Positions 34,194 through 44,513 of a stretch of DNA of 64,000 bases are shown here, in pieces. Under the pieces are notes generated by a model. It was not told the DNA's origin, did not search any database, and worked only from the letters and a program-made list of their open reading frames with translations. Within the stretch, counting starts at the first letter, position 1. Every line of letters starts with the position of its first letter. Source of the DNA: an uncultured Nitrososphaeraceae archaeon (GTDB lineage Archaea > Thermoproteota > Nitrososphaeria > Nitrososphaerales > Nitrososphaeraceae); NCBI GenBank assembly GCA_963765895.1, contig CAVXZB010000048.1:32001-96000 (forward strand). The letters run 5' to 3'. The position numbers and the translations under genes are program-made.

Positions 34194-34219
34194 AGAGTCA
34201 GATCGAGCCGCGCGTGGTT

Positions 34220-34317
34220 AAATAGTCAAATGTTGTCCGATGTGTTGAACTAATTACATATTAACAGACTTAGTATAGTGATTCGCATAGACTAGCTGAT
34301 ACTATCTATAGATATCG
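34220..34317 (+). repeat. Dispersed element (modules D+E)
   Basis: TGTCCGATGTGTT...TACTATCTATAGATATC at 34300-34316. Confidence 0.75.
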
Positions 34318-34883
34318 TCAAGGAGTTGACAGATCTAAGGTTCATTACCCGTCATAATGGTTTTACCTATCAATAGAATCAGCTGGTCCTGAGTCAGTTT
34401 GGATTTTTAATAACTCTTTATTCGCAGTCGGATCGTTGTACATGATATTATGCTCTATTGGATCCGGATAAGTTCATTAATTTAGATATAATTTGCAACG
34501 TAAGTCTCCTGCTTTGTAGCAATTATTGGATAGTGTGGCACGAACATATGCCCTTACATTTTCCGGCCAAGCGTACATCATTATTGTAGTGATTTGGTGT
34601 GTATTGAAAGATTATGTTATACAATCGAATAGAATTCATGAACTCCGGGGTATCCCGGGCTATCTTCTATCCTAATGAAGAATATAGGTGTATGATAGTA
34701 TCGTAACACAATAGATAATGCAGTAGTTGTATTAGAATTCAATAATATCCCGGTTATTCTAGATTCGCGATCTTATGTCAAGAGGAAAGAGGGTTCATAT
34801 GGCAGTATAAAAACTCCCGTAGTTTCTTTAACTCCACTTATTAGTCTGGTTAAACTCATTTCATTGGTAAGATAGACTAAGGC

Positions 34884-35210
34884 TTGGTGCTAGAAGACAA
34901 AGATATACTACAAGTTGATGCCACAATAATTACAGGTATACTAATTATGCTTAGCATTACAGGCTTTATTGGATCTGGCGTTGGCAAGACCAGTTTTACA
35001 GGTCTGGCGAGCCTAGTCTCCATTATATTAATTCCGTTTAGTGTATCTGCAGTTTTGGTAGTTCAGTTAGAACGCATGAAGCCGTCTTATGTGCGCCGCG
35101 TCAAATCGATAAGTTTGACTCTTATGGAATTCGGGTTTGTTGCTCTTATTTTTCTATTTATATTATACTTCTTGTTCCCTCAAATCCAATTAGAGCTTCA
35201 TTTAAGATAA
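34884..35210 (+). CDS. Small three-TM membrane protein
   Basis: DILQVDATIITGILIML followed by two further hydrophobic helices. Confidence 0.65.
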   Translation: MVLEDKDILQVDATIITGILIMLSITGFIGSGVGKTSFTGLASLVSIILIPFSVSAVLVVQLERMKPSYVRRVKSISLTLMEFGFVALIFLFILYFLFPQIQLELHLR

Positions 35211-35477
35211 ATATGAGGCTAAGTTTCGTCCCTTAATTTGAAGGGATTAAACCGGTTGATGGGTTAGGAAAGGCCCAACCAATAACCTATAGGAGATACA
35301 TGTGACCTAACCTGAATTGGTTCTATATCATCGGCAACCTCGATTTCATGACTTATGGTCTATGCATAATGACCAGAATAATATACCTGACGGGGTTATA
35401 GACCGTATATTATTAGGAATTTGGCACTCCTAATGATTGACATAGATAATGACTGGATTTATCCCAAGCTCAATTAA

Positions 35478-35882
35478 CTAATAGATCCATTCCCAATTTC
35501 TGGCAGAAGTATTGCCAATTCCATTTACTTCATATTCAAAGACTGCCACAATATTGTTAATAAAAGCAAGGCTTCCGCTTGAATCAGTATGATATATTAC
35601 TGAGCCACGAAATCTTATTACATGTGGAGTGGTAAAGCGTCCAAGGCCTTGCGCAATCCATGTTGCAATTTGACCATCTATAGTTGTTAAAACACCTTGT
35701 CCTTGTCCATACAAAGCTCCATCCGGCCTTGGAATACTCAAATAAGTTCCCAAGTCTGTAACTGCTATAGTTCGGAATGTTCCCTCAGCGGAGAAAGTGC
35801 TTTCTATTTTAGGTCCTTCAGCATCAACTATCCGCTGACCGATAATACGGCCAACCTCTTGTCCTAATTCTGCGCCTAGCAT
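35478..35882 (-). CDS. Conserved hypothetical beta-rich protein
   Basis: MLGAELGQEVGRIIGQR...RPDGALYGQGQG...FEYEV...WEW. Confidence 0.75.
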   Translation of the reverse strand: MLGAELGQEVGRIIGQRIVDAEGPKIESTFSAEGTFRTIAVTDLGTYLSIPRPDGALYGQGQGVLTTIDGQIATWIAQGLGRFTTPHVIRFRGSVIYHTDSSGSLAFINNIVAVFEYEVNGIGNTSARNWEWIY

Positions 35883-36306
35883 ACTATAATTATCATGAGT
35901 TTTGACTATTAAGATATTGTAAGCTATTCTAGGAATTTCTGATCTGTAATTATAATAAATTAGCATCCTTGCTACTACTGTTATTCTTAGCATTGTACAT
36001 AAGCTACTAGTGTAAACCAAAAAGTAGCAATTAAGGGAGTAAATTTCTTTCATCTATGGTTTCTCAAGTATCATAAATATCAATTACCTATAGTTTGCTA
36101 CAGATTGGCATGTCCTACACATTACTGTTCCTATTACACTATTGAAATTCAAAATTGAAAGTGTCTGGACTGGCGCATTGACTAATTGTCTGGAAATACA
36201 ATCAACGATTACGATAGTAATAAAATATCTCGCTAAATCCTTTACTAATACCCTCACGACCATTTCTTAGGACAACTCTGCATAGTATAGATACTTAGCA
36301 TCATGA

Positions 36307-36600
36307 TCACAAATTCCTAAGTATCGTGGCAGTTTGCTCAGCTGTAAATGCCTTGAGAGTCATAGTCGTAGAACTGCCCTGTTGGCTTTCATATGATAAT
36401 AGACTTGACATAATTGTTGCATCATCAGGAGCCTCTACAATGGATACACCATCATATTGTCCCAATGTATAGTATGTGCTAACCAACTTCCCTCCTGCTT
36501 TCTCTATACTGTTTTTAAAAGTTTCAGAACGTTTTGCAGAATCCTTCACAGTCCTTATTCCTTGTTCTGTGAACTTCCATAGAATAATGAAGTGAGCCAT
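36307..36600 (-). CDS. GYD domain protein
   Basis: FTEQGIRTVKD, YYTLGQYD, EAPDD, TLKAF. Confidence 0.9.
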   Translation of the reverse strand: MAHFIILWKFTEQGIRTVKDSAKRSETFKNSIEKAGGKLVSTYYTLGQYDGVSIVEAPDDATIMSSLLSYESQQGSSTTMTLKAFTAEQTATILRNL

Positions 36601-36855
36601 CTTTCTTTTTGGAAATCATTGTCAATTTGATATATATACCTATCTTGGTACTGTATTCAATGATGGTATAGTGTTTGTCTGATGCAACAGGTCTAGAGTG
36701 AAGATAGAGCGCAAGCAGCACCATCACCATATATGCGCTAAAAGAAGTATTTGCTATTTCTAATCCGGATTCATAGTCACTAAACTATGAATAGAGTCTA
36801 GCTGCAAATCCAATCCACTTCAGACGAAGATTTCAACCTAATTACATACGTGATT

Positions 36856-37732
36856 TCAGTATGCCAAAGATGGAAGAAAAGGCAGTCGTGGTTCTTGGTA
36901 AGGACCAATCGTCATGAGATTTGCAGGCCAACCTATTTGGAAGCGATTTTCAAGTAGCCAGTTAATTATCTCATGATTCCGGCCAGGTACTAAGAAGCCA
37001 GGACCAAGAATTGTAGAAGCATTAGCAATCAATGTCTTTAGATCATCATTTGATTTAGCAACCGCATGACATAGTATTCCTATACCTGCTGCGTAGCCAG
37101 TGACAGCACCATCTTGTTCTATCATAAATGCTACTCCTTGGTCTATTGCCTGGCGTAATTCCATTTCCCGTGAAAATCCATATGCTGAATTACAAAGCTC
37201 GTTGCACAAGGAAATATCATTATCATCTAGAACTAGGCGCGCGTTGCGATTGCTTGCATGATTGATTTCGCTTTTTAGTGGTTGCCCTTGCATCAAAAAT
37301 AAAGGTTCACGTAGAATGAATCCGCACTTTGTATACAATACGAAGGAACGAATATGACTCGGCGATTGTACTAACATAATCTGGTTATGGTTATGTCTAT
37401 GAGCTTGAATAAGTGGCAGCATCCATCAATTTTCTACCTATACCGCCACCCTCAGCAGTAGGATGGACTGTAAGCGGGCCTATGACAGCCACAGGCGAAG
37501 GCGGAAATTCATGGAGGAATACGCTTCCTAATATCTTGCCTTGACGCTCTGCTAAAACTCCCCATGAATTCGGATTACCAAGAAGCATTCTGATAAGCTC
37601 TATACCAAACTCCTCAGAAGGCTGCTCTGAGGGATAACCATGGGCTGAAGAAATGGTCTTGTGCGCTTCGTACCCGATCATGCCGCAGGATTCTACATCA
37701 TTCTGTTCAATGGGCCGTATAGTTAAACTCAA
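36856..37732 (-). CDS. GNAT acetyltransferase (one +1 frameshift near 37415)
   Basis: IGPLTVHPTAEGGGIGRKLM, then LYTKCGF in the second ORF. Confidence 0.85.
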
Positions 37733-37867
37733 TTACAAATTACTAGCAATTGATCTCTAATATTAAAAGTAAATTTGGTACGAAGACAAACTTTCATTAA
37801 CCTTATCTTGGATCGATAGAATGTCAAATATGTTCTGAGACCCTCATCGTCAAAAACATTTTCTAAT

Positions 37868-37983
37868 ATTATAAGGTATTGTGCTAGGATATGCCGTATA
37901 ACGTATTTTCTGTACTCATCTATCGGAGTTTTCACTAGTTTTTCTGTCCATCCAAATCTTAGAAGTTGTAGTCAGGGGCGCGC
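37868..37983 (-). pseudogene. PriX-like remnant
   Basis: WTEKLVKTPIDEYRKYVIRHILAQYLI; the right boundary is GGCGCGC, fused to repeat module A. Confidence 0.75.
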
Positions 37984-38005
37984 ACCTCATGGTAGACATC
38001 TACAA
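37977..38005 (+). repeat. Dispersed element module A (other short copies at 14338, 19456, 39170)
   Basis: GGCGCGCACCTCATGGTAGACAT; GGCGTGCCTCATGATAGA (19456); GGCGCGCCTTATGATAGATTTGCAC (39170); GGCGCGCGCCTAATCATGGACATGCA (14338). Confidence 0.75.
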
Positions 38006-38147
38006 AAATTTTACCATCATACACAGGCGTGTCACTATAGGAGTGGAACAAACCAATTAACAAGTTTTTAGATAGATATTATCAGATTAATAGCATTACA
38101 AATTCTCATCTAGCGGTGATAAAGTAACAAGCTCATTTTTTAAAATT

Positions 38148-38513
38148 ATGGACAACAAAAATCTTACAATCGTTGCTATTTCAATATTAGCATCATTGTT
38201 AGCAGGTTGTGTGTTTATGTCTTCAGAGATCGCATTTGCATGTGGACATCACCATTCTGAATCCATTCGGCAAACAGCTACACAGACTAATGCTTGTGGA
38301 AACGGAATCATGTCGTTAGACATTAATTGTCAAAATATAGGCCACCAGATTAACGGAGATCATAATGCAGACAATATGACAGGCATTCGGCCAAGTAGTA
38401 TCTTCGGTGGGTTTGATCATGGTAATGACGGCCATAATGGTCATAATGATCAGGGTAGCAGCCCAAGTGATTATATCCCCGTTGGTAATCCAATCACAGG
38501 TGCTGATCCCTAA
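38148..38513 (+). CDS. Small secreted protein
   Basis: Signal-like N-terminus, QTNACGNG..INCQN, and a His/Gly/Asn-rich tail. Confidence 0.7.
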   Translation: MDNKNLTIVAISILASLLAGCVFMSSEIAFACGHHHSESIRQTATQTNACGNGIMSLDINCQNIGHQINGDHNADNMTGIRPSSIFGGFDHGNDGHNGHNDQGSSPSDYIPVGNPITGADP

Positions 38514-38849
38514 GAATTCTTATAAAGAAGGTGCAGAAAATATAATTTTAGCGGATTCAAGATTTAATCCTGCAAGAACGAATGAACATATCAACAATCA
38601 ACAAGTTTGAATCGCATGATATGTAACTTTAATAAATATGACATAGGATAGACGGCTAAGTCGCCGAGAAGCGAGCGCGCGCCTACCTGTACAAGGGATC
38701 AAGCAGGTCTCTCTTAGGACAGATAAGTGCTAGCCATAAACAAATAGCGAACACTTTCACGAAGCAACATCTAGTACATTCCAGTGAATATACAATCCCC
38801 TCCGCCTCTCCCTTTGTGACAGTGTTGTTAAAAAGAAAGCAGACTTAAG

Positions 38850-39140
38850 ATGTTACTCGAAGTGTCCCAAAATGAACAAAATGAAAATGGCAACGACGAT
38901 ATCTTAGCTAAAGAGATCGAATCATGGAAAGACTTTAGGTATGCTCTAAGGGAAGAAAATGCAGTTCTATTTAATAAGATGCTTTCTGAGAGTGTGCACA
39001 ATAGAGGCTACGTCAAAGCTGCTATCTCCAAATGCGAAAACTATTCGGCTGAATCATTATTTATGCTCTTAATATTGCAGCAGCAAAAGATGATAAATGA
39101 ATTGATAGCCAAAGTATCCAAATTTAGTTACCCCTTATAA
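38850..39140 (+). CDS. Conserved hypothetical protein
   Basis: KEIESWKDFRYALREEN...AESLFMLLILQQQKMINEL. Confidence 0.7.
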   Translation: MLLEVSQNEQNENGNDDILAKEIESWKDFRYALREENAVLFNKMLSESVHNRGYVKAAISKCENYSAESLFMLLILQQQKMINELIAKVSKFSYPL

Positions 39141-39194
39141 TGCAATTTAGACTAGATGTATAAGAAACTGGCGCGCCTTATGATAGATTTGCAC

Positions 39195-39345
39195 ATAACT
39201 TACGCCATACTTCAAATTTTCTATAGTCATCTAACGGTGTTTACAATAACTTCTCAATCCACTAGATTTTAGTAGAATTCGTGGTCCAGGCGCGCGATTT
39301 ATTGAATTGTTCAAGTTATTCATCTATGAGCCATCTTCCAAATTG
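39195..39345 (-). pseudogene. PriX-like remnant
   Basis: RWLIDE*LEQFNKSRAWTTNSTKI*WIEKLL*TPLDDYRKFEVWR; DNA homologous to 30720-30857. Confidence 0.8.
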
Positions 39346-39761
39346 GTTTACTAGCTACAAGAAGATAATGAAATGAAGACATGAAACTAGTTTAGACTGC
39401 TTAGAGCCAAATGCCGGCAAAGCAAAGTATAATCATACACAATCATATCAAACTGAACCCCATTTACTACTTGAAGATATCTACGTCAAACATGATATAA
39501 GATGAGAGACACGTACACAGATATTCACTGTGTCGCATTGCTCGCATATTGTACAAGACGCTGAAGATCGGGGGAGTTCTGAGCAGTGTTTAAATCAACT
39601 ATTCCATCACATCCGATGGAAGGACCAAGAGAAAAGTTTTGTTCACTTGCGACTGCTTAAGTATAAAACGTCATGGTTTAGCTGCGATAAATAATCTATT
39701 TCATAGCTATGTGAGATCGATATGATGTGGAATCGAAGTTTGCGATATGGAGATCAAATAT

Positions 39762-39944
39762 TCATTTTACTGTTAAATGGTACCTTAAATCATTTGCGTA
39801 GCCTGTAGGGTCAACCTCTGACGGTGGAGTGCTCCCACTAACATGAACTGTATGAGATCCTAGAGACAAGGGCTTTAACATAACATACCAGCCGTCAGCA
39901 CGTGAGATGGCTGGGCCTCCTCCAGCTACCGGAAAAACAGACAC
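39762..39944 (-). pseudogene. C-terminal fragment of a secreted protein
   Basis: ADGWYVMLKPLSLGSHTVH...YHLTVK with no N-terminal part. Confidence 0.6.
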
Positions 39945-41250
39945 CTTAGCCAGAGGATATACAACATTTTGGGCAAGTTATCAGGATTATACAGCGATGG
40001 GAAGGTCAAAGACCTGCAATAAATTATCTATTGCGCGATTTCAGAAGGTGGCTCATTAATGAAAAGATGAAGCAGAGGTTAACAGATAATAGGAAGGTGC
40101 GCGGTCAGATCATTTCCTTTATGTATATATTGGTATTTTTTATAAAATTTGTCTACATATAGGCTTTGAATTCTTGCAACTTCATCAATTTCTCCTCTAT
40201 CCAACCAGACACCTTTACATGTTGGATAAAGATCAACTTCTACACTTATCTATGTATTAATTGCATTTGATTTAGGCAATTTGGACATTGCGATTCTTAA
40301 TAACCGATATCAAATACTTTTGAATATCATTTAATTATAACGTTTACTTTGTAATACAGAGTCGTGCATTCAACAGACATTATTCAATATAAATGATATT
40401 TTATTACTATGTAATTTGATAGGTACTGCTCATAGATATAAGGTTTAGGTTTTATCAATTTGCTAACTGTTGTACGTCTAGTCATAGGGGGCATGATAGA
40501 TATATACATGCACACTTCTGCTATTAGGAATTGCATTTCTGGATGAATCCTTAATCTTTAACGCTAACAGGCAATCTGTTAGTTGAAAGTGACCTATCAG
40601 CGATTGGCGTTTTGTTTAACTTTAACGTAGTTACCTATTATTCTAACCTTAGCATATAGCGGGAAGATAAGGGAAAATGTCTAGCCATTCTTCAAAATCT
40701 CCATATCAACCAGGATAGTTTTTCTTCATAGTTTCTTTTATTATAGGGGGAATATAATTTTGAGTTGATCTCTTAATCGTCAATTCTATTCTGTAATCAA
40801 TAAAATCATTTACATAAGGATTAGTTTCCTGAGGGTATATTATCATTATTATCAAAGTTACTTGTTTCCCTATTTATCATAACATTTTAGTATGACCTTA
40901 AATAAGGGTGATTCACAAAATCTATTAGGTTATTCAAGAATTCAAGAAATATTTTTCTGATTGCATTGTAATTTGCGATATCCGACGCTAATTCTATGTG
41001 ATACGAAAATTCAGATTGAATATTCTATTTATAGCATGGGAGATAACTGGGATTACCAACACCTGTACTTAACCTTAATATAGTTCACAAATTAAAAATT
41101 TGCTGCTATTATTACTAGATTAGTTTTCCTGTGCTCTTCTCTAGCTCTTCAGAAATCTAGCAATATATTTAATTGGATCAAGATAACAACAAATTAAGCA
41201 GTTAACTAACACGTCTACAATGCAACACACTGAAAACATGTTTGTAAAAT

Positions 41251-42282
41251 ATGATGACATACTTGATCTATATATTAATGGACATTATTTCCAATATTAC
41301 TATTATTAGTGGTAGTGATCACTATTCTATCTTGTGGATAATTTTCAGTATCATGATTGGAATCGCGTTAGCAGTAGATTTCGGTCTTTATAATAATATC
41401 AAATCTTTGATAAAGCGAAAACAAGGATCGAGTCAGCAGCAAACATTCAAGCATGCGCTCATATGGACAATTATTTGGATTTCTCTTGCAACAATATTTG
41501 CTGGAATAATATTTGTTACAGTTGGACATGATAAAGCAGTACTTTTTGTAACAGGATATATCATAGAAAAATCCTTAAGTATAGATAACATGTTTATCTT
41601 CCTATTAATATTTTCATTTCTAGCTATTCCTTATACATATCAATATAAGGTTTTGATGGTGGGTATACTAAGTGCAATTCTAATGAGAATATTCCTTATT
41701 TTGGCGGGAGTGTCACTACTTGAAAACTTTCATTTCATGATATACGTATTTGGAGGATTATTACTGTTTACTGCAATACGCATGCTCATACAGATAAGGA
41801 AAAGAGATGAAAAGATAGAAATTGAAAAAAATATTGCGGTCAGATTGATGAAAAAAGTTTTTCCAGTATCTTTTCAATTAAATGGAGACAAGTTCTTTGT
41901 CAGAAAAGATGGAATTATGTATGCCACTTCTATGATGATTGCTCTTGTAATAGTAGAAATGACTGATTTAATTTTTGCTCTAGATTCTATTCCTGCGATT
42001 TTGGCTATAACTTCAGATTCATTTATAGTAATAACATCGAATATATTTGCAATTTTGGGTTTACGAAGTTTGTATTTTCTGCTTGCAGGTATGATGAACA
42101 AGTTTTATTATTTAAAGTACGGTCTTATTGCAATATTACTTTTTGTTGGTGTGAAGATGAGTCTAACAGGATTTATTGAATTTCCCATTACGCTATCTCT
42201 AATAGTAATATTCGGAATATTGACTTTTACACTTGGACTATCTTTCATTAAAACTAGAAGAATATTAAAACAGACAATTTGA
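41251..42282 (+). CDS. TerC/Alx family metal-homeostasis membrane protein
   Basis: GYIIEKSLSIDNMFIF, EMTDLIFALDSIPA, TSNIFAILGLRSLYF. Confidence 0.93.
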   Translation: MMTYLIYILMDIISNITIISGSDHYSILWIIFSIMIGIALAVDFGLYNNIKSLIKRKQGSSQQQTFKHALIWTIIWISLATIFAGIIFVTVGHDKAVLFVTGYIIEKSLSIDNMFIFLLIFSFLAIPYTYQYKVLMVGILSAILMRIFLILAGVSLLENFHFMIYVFGGLLLFTAIRMLIQIRKRDEKIEIEKNIAVRLMKKVFPVSFQLNGDKFFVRKDGIMYATSMMIALVIVEMTDLIFALDSIPAILAITSDSFIVITSNIFAILGLRSLYFLLAGMMNKFYYLKYGLIAILLFVGVKMSLTGFIEFPITLSLIVIFGILTFTLGLSFIKTRRILKQTI

Positions 42283-42828
42283 TAGAGTCATATGACATGT
42301 AAATATATGAACAATAAGAAGGAATTAACACATCTTAATCAATTTCTCTTTTAATCTTTTCTTCCGGCTAGTAATGATCATTTCTACAATATATTATTGT
42401 TTAAACTTTTGGGTGATATGAAATACTCTACACATTATGTGCTATAGATTAATAAACTTATAGCTAAGACTTATAAGAAATAGTGATTGAACATCTGAGG
42501 ATATTATGTTATGTTATCTACTTCTATTGTAGTAATTATCTATTCTGTTCTCTTTATGTGACGGACGGATTATCTTCGATAAGTTTAGTTGAATAAGTTT
42601 CAGAACTGGTTTGTAGTATCATAATAGAAATTAAAGATTAGGGTCGGCCAAGTATGAAAAAGCTTTTTAGTAGGCCTATTTGTTGCCCATCATCTACAAT
42701 CAACATAGCATAAATCAAATTAAATCAATTTTGGCTGTTTTTGTAGGTCTATGCTTGACTTTTTAAAAAATAAAATTGCAAAATTTTTAATTCACTATCA
42801 GAAGAGAAGTAGATGTACAATAGGTATA

Positions 42829-43434
42829 TCAGCTAATATTTGAAATTCCAAATGAATCAATTGTTTGAAGCATTATTGGCAATATCTTTGTAAATGTTAT
42901 TGGATCAGCGCTAAAAGTGACAATGTAACCATATTTAATTCCCCTATGTTCTAGCCCGAATGTTCCAAGTTCTAAACTCTTTTGGGAATATCCATGAAAG
43001 GTATCTGTAAAGAGTAACCCATATGCTTGTCTGCCAGCAAGTAGTGAATTAGCACTTGACATAACAATATTAAAGTCTTTGGTATTAGAATTCGACATCC
43101 TAATTTCCTTGTTATGATCTAGAAAAGATTGTAACGTTGCATTTACTGATTGAGGATATTGCCCTACTACAACTGACGCAAACTCATTACCTGTACTTTG
43201 AATTGGTGGCGTCATCAAAACTATGCCCTGAAAAGGAGATGGCGAATTATTACTAGATATATTACTAGCATTCCAGCTAGCTGGATATTGAATAACCACG
43301 CCATAAGTAGAATTATAATAAACTTTCATTGGTATCGTAATTGTTGAAATAGTCTGGCCATGTACCACAGATGTACTGACAATTAGTAATGTTGATAATA
43401 TAAAAGATCCAATGACCAGCAGAAATATAGTCAT
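42829..43434 (-). CDS. Secreted PsbP-like protein
   Basis: Signal peptide, YYNSTYGVVIQYPASW, LAGRQAY, LPIMLQTIDSF. Confidence 0.75.
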   Translation of the reverse strand: MTIFLLVIGSFILSTLLIVSTSVVHGQTISTITIPMKVYYNSTYGVVIQYPASWNASNISSNNSPSPFQGIVLMTPPIQSTGNEFASVVVGQYPQSVNATLQSFLDHNKEIRMSNSNTKDFNIVMSSANSLLAGRQAYGLLFTDTFHGYSQKSLELGTFGLEHRGIKYGYIVTFSADPITFTKILPIMLQTIDSFGISNIS

Positions 43435-43556
43435 TTCTCATATATGATATCTTGGTGTTTATTAATTTTTGTATAAGTTAAATATTTGTTAGATCTATAT
43501 CAATTAGAAATTTGTTTGCTTAACATAGAAAATAGATATACTATTATATATACCTC

Positions 43557-44513
43557 GGCCATGTAGAAATCATCACAAAAATGACAATATTCGTTAGCCT
43601 GTGCATGTTATAGGCTATGCATCTGAATGATAGTTCCCTGTTCTGTGTTTTTACTAGCCTTGAAGAAATATATTCTCCAAATAGTCGTTTTATGACAGAC
43701 ATTATGGTCTCATCCTTGTTTCGTTGATTGTACAATAGTTCGTTATATCCACGTTTCATCTGCTTTCTATATCTGCCATGTGTTCTCCATATCGGTACAT
43801 GTTCATATCGAGCTGGAATAACACTGAATGCATGCAAGGTTTCTCTTACCAACTGATGATTATCTTCATTATCATATCCCTTATCAGCTGTAACTACGGA
43901 TAGTGGTAGAATTTCAGCTATTCTTGTAATGATTGGCTTGAAATCTACATTATCATGTCTTGTAGGAGCTCGTCTTATCCTTATGTTGCAGATAATCTGT
44001 TGTAATACATCAGCTCCAATAGATAATTTCGCATATTTTCTTCTTGCTTCTATTCGTTCATCATAATACTGTGAAGCATGAGTTATTTTAAATCCTGTTG
44101 AATCTATTCCTACAAAGATATGCTTCGTACAGCTAATTACAATGAATGACGAAATTATCTTCTCAAGCAGTGAATTGCTAATTCTGTCTGTCTGTAAACT
44201 TTTGCAATGTTGTAAAATGAGGAATACGTGACAATCGTAGGTACGATCTAAGGTAATGTGCCTCGACTAACCACTCGACAAACATCCTATAACTCTTACC
44301 TTCGGTACTGTCTTATTGTAAGTAATACTAAATGCTGCCATATCATAAATACATGATTGCTCTTTCTGTGAAGAAACAATGGTATCCTTGAATTTCTCAA
44401 GACACGGTACATAGTATTAGCCAGCCTAACATATCTTGATTCTTTCAACATCCATATTGGATCATACGTCTAGAAAGCTCTAACGGTATTCAGAACATGG
44501 TTTCTACAGAGCC
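43557..44513 (-). mobile_element. IS5-family insertion sequence (957 bp) with degenerate transposase
   Basis: Imperfect 18-bp IRs GGCCATGTAGAAATCATC / GGCTCTGTAGAAACCATG, 9-bp target duplication ATATACCTC on both sides, and DDE motifs GIDSTGF, ADKGYD, YNQRNKDET. Confidence 0.93.

Noticed and set aside
35228-35287. Two short hairpins downstream of the membrane-protein gene
   Set aside because: Short imperfect stems in single copy; not distinguishable from chance or a simple terminator.
4736-39197. Dispersed repeats read as a CRISPR array or canonical integron attC sites
   Set aside because: Spacing is irregular and kilobase-scale, the copies are degenerate, and no cas genes are present. I saw no consistent RYYYAAC/GTTRRRY ends with a long hairpin.
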